This document shows positions 13,187-24,693 of a stretch of 64,000 bases of DNA, piece after piece; the first letter of the stretch is position 1, and the number at the start of each line of letters is the position of its first letter. The stretch comes from Squalus acanthias (lineage: Eukaryota). The notes below the pieces were generated by a model, which ran no database searches, was not told the DNA's origin, and saw nothing but the letters and a program-made list of their open reading frames with translations. The stretch spans positions 176,950,001-177,014,000 of the forward strand of contig CM059425.1 in assembly GCA_030390025.1 (NCBI GenBank), given 5' to 3'. Position numbers and translations under genes: made by a program.

Positions 13187-13782
13187 GGTTATCCCGAGAT
13201 TGGGAGTCAACCACAAATTGGTTTATTTGAATTTGGCAAGTCTAACAGTGTAGGAAACGCCTGTTCTCAGCGTTGCTTCTCAATGGTACATTTAGAATTT
13301 ATCCACTAATGATGGAGCAGCATTGACAACAGACTTTCAACCAGATGGATTCAGCAGCAGAGGAATAACCATGTTGGTTATCTTGATTCTTGGTTTCACC
13401 CCGAGTATTCTGTGTATGGAGCTGCAATTGGAGAGAGAACAGTTGGATGCTCTGCGACCAGGTCTGGAGAGTACCATGGGACACAACTACGGAATTCATA
13501 CTAAGTGGAGTCGAGCCTGGTTTAGGAACACAGAGCATGTGTAGCAGCCTTAGACCAGAGAGTAGGACACTTGCACTGGAGAATTCAGGAAAGCAGGACT
13601 GGTCCTGGAGCAGAAATCGTGTTAAATTGGGAGTCTCGATATATCAAAGCATTTCTCTGATTCCTTTGGACTTGATTTGTTAAGACTACACTGTACGAGA
13701 ATCAGTACAGATTGCAAGTAGGACAAATATAGCATTTATGGTTTAATAAAGAATTTGCTAAGTATCTAGTTTGCTGATAACA
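13187..13782 (+). mobile_element. Possible solo LTR
   Basis: Ends GGTTATC...GATAACA form a near inverted pair, with AATAAA at 13745. No clean TSD. Confidence 0.3.
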
Positions 13783-14395
13783 TATTTGAAGGGAAAATAC
13801 TTGTCTATTCCCTTTCTCCAATTTTATTCCCTCTCCCTTTAAGCTTCCCCATGTTGGGCACAGCTCCATGGGTACCAGTCATCTTCTATCACCTAATTTC
13901 TAAGATGGATAACCAAGGGAATGGAAAACAAAGAGCAATCAAACTCGGGGCTCTAAAGGACCAAGAGAAAGTGGACCTTCCTATATAAATACAAGTTGTT
14001 GTTGTTCATATTCTTTGTTATTAGCATTGAGATTATGATACAACTGCTCATCCCTGCCCCAACCTTCATTCCAATTTTCTTCCCTCTCCCCCTAAGTTTA
14101 CCCATGCTGGGGCACAGCACTATGGGTACCAGCCACACAAGAAAATTGCAAGTAGCTCTTAACAAGCATTTCTTGGCTTTTTTTACTTTCTTTCCTCACA
14201 CCCATTTTGGGCCGTGAGCAAAAACATGATATAACATGTAATAACAGGAGAAAAGTCTGTTAAAGCTTTTGGTCACATTTACTTTCTCACTAGCATAAAT
14301 CCCCAGAATAAAATATCCTCCTTGTTCTTAAATTACGTCACATTGTAGCGTAACTCAACAAGCTGCAAGTAACTGTCATTCCAGCCAACTCCTAC

Positions 14396-14491
14396 CTCTG
14401 TCTGCTCAATCATGTGTTCCAGTTGGAAGATCTGAGTTTTCACTTGGTCCTCTTTGCTGATGAGGTAACCGATACTCTTAGACAGCTTCTC
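14396..14491 (-). CDS. TRIM36: TRIM36-like exon 5: start of coiled coil (EKLSKSIGYLISKEDQVKTQIFQLEHMIEQTE)
   Basis: Not in the ORF track; translated by hand. Acceptor caacag|GAG, donor GAG|gtagga, 96 nt. Similar to TRIM36 EKLSKDIDYLIGKESQVKSQI. Confidence 0.9.
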
Positions 14492-14832
14492 CTGTTGGCA
14501 TAACAACAAAGCATGTCACAGGGTGAAACCAGAGAACACCATTCAAACAGCACCAGCTGTCAACATGTCCTCAATATCTCACTTTACACATACAGAAGGC
14601 AACCAACAATTATGAGAATTAGAGAAACCAAATATATATAAAAGAGTAAATAGATAAGTGGTGATGCCAGGAAACAGGAAAGTCACTGATACATTAAAGT
14701 CATTAAGCATTTAAGATCCAATTGTGTACAAGAAGTAGGGGGGGAGATATTGGATTATTTTTATGTCCTGATACTTGAGAACATAATAAGCACTTCTGGA
14801 AAATGTAAGCAGTCACTATCAACATATCCTAC

Positions 14833-14979
14833 CTTAAGGACTTTGTAGGCACTGCTCATAGAGGTTACTTTGTGGTTGGCGTGTGACCCACCGAGCTTAC
14901 AGAGGTGGCACACGGGCCTTCTGCATACCTCGCAGTACATGGTTACTTTTTCCATTTCATGCTCAGGACACATCAGAAT
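14833..14979 (-). CDS. TRIM36: TRIM36-like exon 4: B-box 2 (ILMCPEHEMEKVTMYCEVCRRPVCHLCKLGGSHANHKVTSMSSAYKVLK)
   Basis: Acceptor catcag|ATT, donor AAG|gtagga, 147 nt, phase 0/0. Confidence 0.95.
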
Positions 14980-15269
14980 CTGATGGCAGTTGGGTCAGGG
15001 AGCAGGGTAGTGGGGGGAAGGAGGCACAAAAGCAAGACATTAAAACTATTGTCATTCAAAAATCAGTAGTACAATTTATACTGCACAATCCAGTCACAGT
15101 CAACACCTGCATAAATTTTAGTCAATTTCTGTATTCTTACCATACTTACAGAAGAGTGAAATAACCCCTGTAATTGGGAACTTTCCAAAGTGCTGTATCA
15201 ATATTATTCAGTTTGTCAATGGCATTTCCTGCCCTCCACCATTTTCCAGCGTGACCAAATGAAACACAC

Positions 15270-15790
15270 AGGAGGAGAAATTGGTCCTTGTTGTGCGTGT
15301 TTTCCAGGCTGAAAATGGGTGCAAAAAGTATTCCATTTTGGGGAAATGTCCTGCACCCCAAGAGCGCCGGAAATCGTCTGATCCAATATTGGTCAGCTGA
15401 TTTTTCAGGCATTCCGTGCAGCCAACTAAAACGGGCATTTAGTTCCTTATGAGGGGCCTAATACCTGCTTTAGGACCCCTCTGCTGAATTGGCCACTGCT
15501 CCAGGCCTGCTCCACTGAGGAATCTTCTGCGGTCGCTACGGCTAAGTACATTTTTTTTTAATGTTTAATGTGGAGCCAGAAGGAGCAGGAGTGCTCCTCC
15601 CGGCTCCACAGCACTCCTGAGGGCCACTGTCGGCCTGTGATTGCTCCCTCCCATTGTCCTACACCTTGCCCTTCCCAGACCTGACCTGAGGGGCACTGCT
15701 GGCGAGGCAAGCGACGCAAAATTCATCCTCTTGAAATGGGCATGTTGTCTCTCGAGAAGCGACAAGAGTTGGCAGCTCGCCCAAATTATT
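15270..15790. mobile_element. MITE-like element of the same GC-rich group
   Basis: Shares the GGAGCAGGAGTGCTC core with the elements at 23.5 kb and 48.1 kb. Boundaries are approximate. Confidence 0.45.
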
Positions 15791-16953
15791 GAAATGATTC
15801 TCTTCTTTGCACTTGCAGTCATTTCTTCTCCTTGTCTCTCATTGCCTATTTCCCCTCTCGTGCTTCATTTACTCCTTCTTTTCCCCCTCCCTCTCTGTCA
15901 CACAGTTACTGGCACTGGATCTTTATTTCAAAAGCCCAAAGATTGGATATGCAACTTGTATCACAGGACGTTCTCAATGCACATGATTTTTTAAGAGTTG
16001 TTCTTGACCAGTTTAGGGTTTTGGGTTGACATTTGAGGGTCAATTTCCTTGGCCCTTGCCCCTAAGGAACACTCAGTTTCGGATATATCGGATATTTACA
16101 ATTGGTGCGTCTCTTTTTTTTTGTTTCTATCATATTTTCAGCTATTCCTTGAGAGATGCTCACAATCTTAAGGGAATGATGTGCAGCTGTTATACACGTG
16201 TGGGTAAAACGACTGCAACATCTGTCACTTATTCATCAGCAGATATGATAATCATGCCATAACTTGTGTTATATTTATAAGATTGACAGATTGAGGCTCT
16301 GTCACTCTATTTAGAGATCACATCCTTTTAAGGAAAGAAGAAGCTGGAGACTAAATATTGTGAATCACTCAACCTAGCCTCATGATTGTGAAAAATTAAT
16401 GATTGGACTGTCAAATCAGGACTTTCAAATTTAGGGAGTTACGATAGCTAGTTTAATAAAACCTGGTGATAGAATTATAGCAACACAAAATAAACACTTG
16501 TATATTTGAAGTCAATTTCCTCTAAGTATTTAGGTTACTTTGATCTATTGCATCACATTACTGTCCTCAAGGGAAATACTAACCTTAAGATTGATTTGTG
16601 CATTTGAGTCAGAATGAATAAGCAAGAAAATGAATTCAGCTGTGCAACTTACTCAAATGGCTCCTCTCTTCAGCTTAACTAGAAAAATATATTTCCATCC
16701 GTAATTAATAAATACAAAATATCTATAACATACTGTGACTAGATCTACATCATACAGATGTGTATGATTCGTACAGGTATATTTTGACTTGAAGCTAAAT
16801 GATTTATATATTAGACATGCCAGATACTGCAGTACTACTAATCCAATGTCATCCTTTGGTTTTGCTCTCTGTGCTATTGGGCTCTCATCAAAATTAATTA
16901 TTAATAAAGCACTGTCTTCATGAAAAAGTCTTGGGTCATTTTTTGTGTGTGTT

Positions 16954-17285
16954 ACATAGAAACATAGAAACATAGAATCTAGGAGCTGGAGTAGGCCATT
17001 CGGCCCGTCGAGCCTGCTCCACCATTCAATACGATCATGGCTGATCATTCAAATCCAGTAACCTGTCCCTGCTTTAATCCCCACAGTACACATATCCCAC
17101 CCGACCCCCGTAACCCCACGTATTTAATTCCCCCTAACATATCCCATCCTATCCCCATAACCCCACATATTTAATCCCCCCCTAACACTAAGGGTCAATT
17201 TATCATAGCCAAATCAACCTAACCCGCACATTTTTGGACTGTGGGAGGAAACCGGAGCACCCGGAGGAAACCCACGCAGACACGG
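16954..17285 (-). mobile_element. V-SINE (HE1-like) with CR1-derived tail, 5'-truncated
   Basis: V-domain core GGAGGAAACCGGAGCACCCGGAGGAAACCCACGCAGACACGG and an (ACATAGAA)n tail. Nearly identical to 30680-30956. Confidence 0.8.
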
Positions 17286-17487
17286 TGTTTGAGGAGAGGG
17301 ATGAGTGATGGGACTCTATATTTACATCTTGTCATCATATCTTTGCCAAGAAATGAGAAGTGTCCTGCACACTGATTTTATCAAGATATTGCCCCTTGAA
17401 AAAGAAAGTCTGATGAAATAAATGCATTTCTGGGACTGCCTATCTGGAATATGTTTTATAAAAATGGCAATAAGAGAAGCTCTGTAC

Positions 17488-17813
17488 CTTAGGTCGGAAG
17501 TTGGTGGTTGGTCCTACATACTCATGCTGGGCCTTTGGAGTACTCCAGGGGTGATGAAGTTTGAAGCACTCATTGCAGTAGCTCGCCTTGCAGTCCATGC
17601 AGCTCTTTGTGGCCTCCTGGGGTGGGGGCTTGCAGAGATTGCACATAATTGCCACAGCTGCTCTAGCGGCTTGTCTGTATCTTTCTACGATCGTTTCCAA
17701 GGTGAAGTTTCGGAACAGACCACTAATGCCACGCTCTCCAAGATCTATGTCACGTTTGCAGCTAGGACAAGGGAAGGTGGTGACCCCTTGACTGTGGATG
17801 GTTCGTTTCCAGC
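17488..17813 (-). CDS. TRIM36: TRIM36-like exon 3: end of RING (FPCPSC), [17 protein letters not shown]-box 1
   Basis: Acceptor catccag|GC TGG AAA completes the Gly codon; an alternative in-frame acceptor would start the exon at 17831. Donor AAG|gtacag. Peptide ...[33 protein letters not shown]...[10 protein letters not shown]. Confidence 0.92.
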
Positions 17814-17949
17814 CTGGATGGGCAGCAGATCCTTTTTTAGTCAACCAATACATGAAACAATAAGGGGAAGGTACAGAGAAAGGACAGACAAGGGAAAGTG
17901 CAAAAGAAAGAAAATTGACAGAGTAGTATAATTATATAGATTATTAGAT

Positions 17950-19460
17950 TGAGAATCATGGAACAATACAGCACAGAAGGAGGCATTTCGGCCCATCAAG
18001 TCTGCGCCTGCTGTTTTGAAGAGCAATCCAGTTAGTCCCACTCCCCCGCTCTTTCCCCATATCCCTGTAATTTTTTTCTCCTTCAAGTATTTATCCAATT
18101 CCCTTTTGAAGGCTACCATTGAATCTATCCACCACCCTATCAGGCAGTGCATTCCAAATCCTAACCTTTCATTGCAAAAAATATTTTCCTCATGTTGCCT
18201 CTAGTTCTTTTGCCAATCACCTTAAATCTGTGCCCTTTGGTTATCGACCCTTCTGCCACTGGAAACAGTTTCTCTTTATTTACTCCCCTTCATGATTTTA
18301 AACACCTCTATCAAATCTCCTCTTAGCCTTCTCTACTCTAAGAAGAACAACCCCAGCTTCTCCAGTCTATCCACGTAATTGTAATCCCTCATCCCTGGAA
18401 CCATTCTAGTAAATCTCTTCTGTACCCTCTCCAAAGCCTTCACGTCCTTCCTAAAGTGTGGTGCCCAGAATTGGACACAATACTCCAGCTGGGGCCGAAC
18501 TAGTGTTTTATATAGGTTTAGAGTAAATTCCTGGCTTTTATACTCTACGGGGGTGATTTTGCCAATGGGGGCGCATTGGAGGCGGGACTGCTGCTTGGCG
18601 GGTCGATGTCCCGCCTCCATCGATTTGTGGCCAACCCACGCTATTTTCCCTTGATTGACTCAGCGGGCTTAGCAGGCCAATTAAGGGAAAGCCGGTTGCA
18701 GAGAACGTCAACGTATGACATTTACTTGTCATCGTTTGACAGCTCTGTGAAGCTGTCAAACGATGACATTCTCTGTAGTTTGATGAGTTCTTGAATTCAA
18801 GACCTCATCAAACCTCTTTCTTTTGCAGAAATGAGATGGTTGTTGCATTGGAGAATGCAACGGCCATCTGTCATCTCTACCGCGGAGGTGCGAGACTCTC
18901 CGCATACCCACCGACTGAAGCCTGCAGGAAGAAACAAAGGTAAGTACACTTTTTCTAACACTTTGCACTTACCTCAGATACTCACCTCTCCACTTGCACC
19001 CATCACTTGCCTCAACAGCGCACTTTTGGACCCCGCAGACCCACTACTCGCCTCGGTGACCCTGGCGGGGTTCGGAGCCTTCGGGAAGCCCGCACTTGTG
19101 TGGGCAAAATGGGGATAATCCTCTTATCTGCCGGTTAACTACCTGTTAACAGGCAGTTAAGTGGCTGTAATCCCTTCCCGCCTCCAAGGAGACGGGACCC
19201 GGCGCAGGACGGCTACCCGATGGCACGGAGACGGGTTGGGCACCCGCCCCCAGATTCTGCCATTTTCCCGGCAGTCCCACCTCCATATCCGCCTCCCTAG
19301 GGTTGGCAAGATCGCGCCCTACGTCTCTATTTATAACGCCCAGGATCCCATATACTTTATTAACTGCTTTGTTAACCTGTCCTGCCACCTTCCAAGATTT
19401 GTGCACAAACACCCCCAGGTCTCTCTGTTCTTGCACCCTTTTTAAAATTGTACCATTTAG
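17950..19460 (-). mobile_element. CR1 LINE ORF2 3' part, split by a MITE
   Basis: QEQRDLGVFVHKS...GVINRDV|EYKSQEFTLNLYKTLVRPQLEYCVQFWAPHFRKDVKALERVQKRFTRM. Confidence 0.9.
18549..19319. mobile_element. Harbinger-type MITE
   Basis: TIRs GGGGGTGATTTTGCCAA / TTGGCAAGATCGCGCCC (14 of 17 match) and TSD TAC. Removing it restores the CR1 reading frame. Confidence 0.85.
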
Positions 19461-19525
19461 CATGTAACATGTTATGGAAACATTTTCTGTTGACCAGGTT
19501 ATTGCACTGAATCTATTGCCACACC

Positions 19526-20185
19526 CGGCACTAAGCTCATGGTCTACAGAGCAGTAGTGATACCCGCCCTCCTGTCTGCTTCAGAGACATGGACCATGTA
19601 CAGCAGGCACCTCAAAGCACTGGAGAGGTACCACCAATGCTGCCTCCGCAAGATCCTGCAAATCCATTGGCAGGATAGGCGCACCAACGTCAGTGTTCTC
19701 GCTCAGGCCAACATCCCCAGCATCGAAGCTTTGACCATGCTCGATCAGCTCCGATGGACGGGCCACATGCCCGATACGAGACTCCTAAAACAAGCACTCT
19801 ACTCAGAGCTCCGACACAGCAAGAGAGCCCCAGGTGGGCAGAGGAAACACTTCAAGGACACCCTCAAAGCCTCCTTGAAAAAGTGCAACACCCCACTGAC
19901 ACCTGGGAATCCCTGGCCTAAGACCGCACAAAGTGGAGGAGAAGCATCCGGGAAGGCACCGAACACCGAGTCTCTTCGCCGGGAGCAAGCGAAAGCCAAG
20001 CGCAAACAGCGGAAGGAGCGCACGTCAACCCAAGCACCCCACCCACCCGCCCCTTCAACCACCGTCTGCCCCACCTGTGACAGAGACTGTAGGTCCCGCA
20101 TTGGACTCATCAGTCACCTGAGAACTCATTTATAATGTGGAAGCAAGTCATCCTCGGTTCCGAGGGACTGCCTAAGAAGAAGAAG
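19526..20185 (+). mobile_element. RTE-clade LINE, 5'-truncated
   Basis: VYRAVVIPALL..ETWT..LRKILQIHWQD..QLRWTGH..RPGGQRK-like motifs, C-terminal CPTCDRDCRSRIGLISHLRTH zinc finger, (AAG)n tail, 11-bp TSD ATTGCCACACC (19515-19525 and 20186-20196). Confidence 0.92.
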
Positions 20186-23100
20186 ATTGCCACACCTACT
20201 TACCATGCAATGTTATTCCATTTCCAATACTAATACAACTTCTGTCGAACCAGAAAATAATCGGGCATCAGAAGGGACACCAGATCTTGGCCAGTGCCAG
20301 ATATTTAAGTGATGTAAATTTAAAAAAGGAACTCCTGGGTCAATGTTCCATTACAAAGAAAATAACGATTGGTTGTGAGTGGTTTTAACTTTTGAAACTT
20401 TCTCTGTTTTACAGTTAGTGTTCACGTCTTCTATTGCCACTACAATTATGGGTGCTGAATCGTGCATTGCAGCTCCATGCAAGAGGTGTTTTATAATACT
20501 GTAAAGCTAGGCATTTAATTGCAATGGTACAAGCTGACAGGAAGAGATGCTTTTAATTAGATTAATTCACTGTATTTAATCAAGCTCCTGTTTATTTAGA
20601 AAACATTAAATTGGACCACCTGGAAGTGTAATGCACTACAATTCTAAATCTAACTTGGCACATCTCTAGCCTTGGACCATCATTAAAGTAACCATGGTTA
20701 ACCTATCCCTAGGGTATTATCCTAGAAGAGGTGCATTGTAATCTGGAGTTTCAGGCAGAGTTTCACACATTCACTGATTTTTCCAACACTGGCCCCTTTT
20801 GTCCAGGCGGGTGACTTGGTCAAAGTGTTCTCTTATTGTGGCAAGAAGACATCTTAGAGTGTAATACTAGTAAAGATTTATAATATAAAAAGGACTTTGC
20901 TAGTAAAAGTAAAAACATCTCCAGGACGAACAACAAGGTCAGTTTGATTTTTTTCCTCCAGTTTCCCTCCCCACCCCTCGATAATGTTCTCCCCATACCA
21001 ATCCTGAAGAGAGTGCATAGTTCCACAAGTGGCAGCATTCTGGTCCTCTCCCAAATGGCCACTTTCCATCTGTGACCCTAGACAGTGAGGTTCAGCATGA
21101 CATGAGTGCACATCAGGAATTTGGATGTGGCCTGAATGGATAGAAAATCCTGCATGCCATGAATCAGGCATCCATGCTCAAATTCCTGATATACAGTCCT
21201 GTTGCATGAATCGCTGTGCCAAGAGTGCTAAATCATGACATTTATCCCAGTGATCACTGGTTGGACAATCAAACATTAATCATAGGAAGGACAATCCTAT
21301 CCTCACTTGGCATCTACACACAAGCACTTCCAGGAGGAGTCATTGGATAGCAAATCAGGAGCAGGAAGCCTGGCCAACATTCCCCTCCCTAGCTCATGGA
21401 ATAATGACACCAAATGGCTAAAATCAGCCAACTCAACACATTGAGCTAGCTGGCTGAAGCACAGGTGTTCTGGGTCTATATGGTTCCATATTACACTGGT
21501 TGATGCATCACTCGCTGAGCCAGTGGAGGAGGGGAGCTTGGGTAATGAGATTAAAAAGATCCTCATCCTTAGATTTTTATTTTTGTTAAATACATTATTG
21601 CACCTTCAAAAACAAGGAATTAGATAAAAGAAAGAACTTGCATTTATATAGCACCTTTCACAACCTCAGGAATTTGCAACGCCTTTTTACAGCCAATTAA
21701 GTACTTTGGAGGTGTAGTCTCTGTTGTAATGTAGGTATGACTCTAATTGTTAGATAACTTCAAATTTAAAAAAATCAAAAATTACAGAAAATTATATCTG
21801 AAAATATCCAAATTTTGGATGCTCCTGAGTTCAGATTTTTCTGAAGTTAAGGAGTACTGACTATAATGTTATTAAATTATTATATTTTTAAGTTAAGGGA
21901 CATCAGTATGTTTAGTTAATACGACTCTCGGGGTTCTTTGCACTGGGCTGGCAGGTAGTAGGGACAGAAAAGTGTTAAATTCTGCACACGACCATGTTCT
22001 ACTCTATTTGAATCCGTAATTTTTCTATCTTTGCTATTCAGCTGCCTTAATATGTACCATGAGATATACCGTCAGTGGAAAAAGGGCAAAGGACATGAAG
22101 GTGGAGTTGCATTAATTTTGTTACACTTGAAAAGCTATGATTCACCAGGTGTCATAAATTTAAAGAGCCTCTGTAATAGGATCAATGACTTCATAACTTA
22201 CTGTTTCAAGTGCCTCAGACTGGCCTGTACTCAAGTTCATTCTGATTTTAATCCATTTTATTTCATGAAAATATATATTTGTTTCCCAAAAATCTAAAAA
22301 GCCACTAGAAAGTGTTTTGCTGCAAATATGTTGGTCTTATTAATAATGTCAGTTACAGTTCCTCAGGCAAAGGAAACATTTGCATTCACTGGTGAGTAAG
22401 AAACCCGAATTAGACATGCCTGAAATTGTTAAGGATCACTGACTATGAACTTAACAGCTGCTCAACAGCTGCACACCTTAATTTTAAACATGACTGCTAC
22501 TGAGTACCTACCTCAGGTCACATTAGCAGAGTTGATACAACTCTTACCCCCCCACCTCAAAACAATTGAATCCACTTTAGCAGATCATTATAAACTATTA
22601 AAAATAAAACACATTGCATTAATAAAACTACTCACAGACTAGCTGAATTGGCTTGTATTGATTCAGTTTTTAACCACTGTTTACAATATAATTCCACATA
22701 TGACATTTTAATTCCAACTCTCAGACTTCAGCAGTGCTCATCACATCCCTTGACAACTTCTCAGCAAGCAGGCTTTTATCTCATTTGAAAAGTAATTGTA
22801 TTAATGTGAATAATTATGCTAGTTTGAAACAAAAGCCTCTTGCAACTTAAAACAGCAGGCGATGCAGCCACAGGCTTAACTCCCCAAACGATTTGCAGCG
22901 TGTTGGTGCTTTTCCAGTGCAGGCAAGTAACTGGGTGGTGGAAACGGTCTCAAGCCTTTGGAGAGTTGAGCATTGTTAGGCATTTTTTTTTAAATGCGAG
23001 TGGATATAATGTAATTGGATGTATTCTGGCCATACTGAGAATCCACAGCAAATAACTTATAAGCACACTTATAACAATGGTTAATCCTTCAATGTGAACA

Positions 23101-23214
23101 TCACCCACAACATGAAGTGCATTGACAATTGCTGCTTGTACTAAAAATGATCCAAAATTGAATAAAAACAACCAAATTAACAGTAAGGAAATGATTTTAA
23201 CCTTGAGAGTGTGT

Positions 23215-23862
23215 GTGTGTGTCTGTGTGTGGAGGGGGTGGGCGAGAAACACACTCGCTAGCCCAACTGTTTCAGGCCCGGGGTATGTTAGCTCCCAGGC
23301 CTCCTTTAAATGTCACCGGTCCATTTCCTGCCTAGAATGGGTGGGAAAGGGGCGTGGAGCAGCTGTCAGCAAGGAAGGATGGGTGGACTTTGGCTGCCCA
23401 CTGACTTGCAGAAAAGTTGTGTGGAGGGGGTTTCAGGAGGGTCTCGCAGGAGGAAAGGGGAGCGAGTCTGGGGCAAGGGAGGCAGCGACTTTCCTTGTGG
23501 TGCCCAGAAGAGCACTCCTGCTCCTCCTGGCACGACAAAGGAAAGTTTTACACTCACTTGGAAGCCCTCTTTGTCCTTCCCACCAGCTGCCGACCTGCTT
23601 CAGCCTGGCAGGAAATCCACAAGAACTTTCCTGCTTAGGCCCCGGTTAAAATACAATCGGGTCCCATTGACATCATAGGGCTTTGATTTGCATAAGCTCA
23701 CGAGGCCCTTACCTGCTTTAGGCGGGCACCTCAGCCACCTGCAAAAGCCTGCAGGTTAAAATCGGAGAAGGCGGGAAAGGGTCCAGTACCTGAGCGGGTA
23801 AGTAACCTGCTCCTTTTTAACTGCCCAGTTTCCTCCAAGTGGGGAGGGTTAAAATCGACTCC
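23215..23862. mobile_element. GC-rich MITE-like element
   Basis: Right end GGGTTAAAATCGACTCC. Shares the AGCACTCCTGCTCCTCCTGG core with the 47.8-48.5 kb element. Left boundary approximate. Confidence 0.5.
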
Positions 23863-24334
23863 TTATATTAGTTTAATTGTTTTTAGAAAGTAATACCGAA
23901 AGTGATTTCTTAGATGTAATCTAATATTGGGTTTACATGATGGTTGTATAGCAATGTTACCTGAACCCGTCGCTCAGTGTTATCTGAGCCCCGCTATCAC
24001 ATTACCACCTTGTGATGTTTTCAGGAATCGACATTCTCAATTGAAGGAAGAGAAACACTGAGTCTATGCAGTTTCCATTTTTAATATTCAGAGGTGGAAC
24101 ATGAGAGAAAATGAAAAAGAGGAAAGAAAATATGAGAGACAGAGAAAGAGAATGAGACCAAAACAATGAATCATGAGCAGATGAAGGATAAGAAGTACAT
24201 TTAAATCTGAACATGGATAATAACTTTGTTAGTATTTCATAACATAATAACAGCATTAGTAATTCTGGGGGAACCACTTTGCTTATGTTCAACCATCTCC
24301 TTCAGGTGACATGGCTGAGAATTTTAACTAACCA

Positions 24335-24693
24335 TTAGTAATTCACAAGATAGTAACATTGTTAGTAATTCACAGGATAGTAACACTTTAGTAATTCAGA
24401 GAATAGTAGCATTGTTAGTAATTCACAGGATAGTAACATTGTTAGTAATTCACAGGATAGTAACACTTTAGTAATTCAGAGAATAGTAGCATTGTTAGTA
24501 ATTCACAGGATAGTAACACTTTAGTAATTCAGAGAATAGTAGCATTGTTAGTAATTCACAGGATAGTAACATTTTAGTAATTCAGAGAATAGTAGCATTG
24601 TTAGTAATTCACAGGATAGTAACACTTTAGTAATTCAGAGAATAGTAGCATTGTTAGTAATTCACAGGATAGTAACATTGTTAGTAATTCACA
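24335..24693. repeat. AT-rich minisatellite of 26/27-bp units with a 53-bp higher-order alternation
   Basis: Alternating TTAGTAATTCACAGGATAGTAACACT and TTAGTAATTCAGAGAATAGTAGCATTG, about 13 units. Confidence 0.93.

Noticed and set aside
1..14395. Further TRIM exons (rest of coiled coil, COS, FN3, SPRY)
   Set aside because: No GYAQEVLKETD-like or later motifs were found by eye or in the ORF track. They probably lie beyond the left edge.
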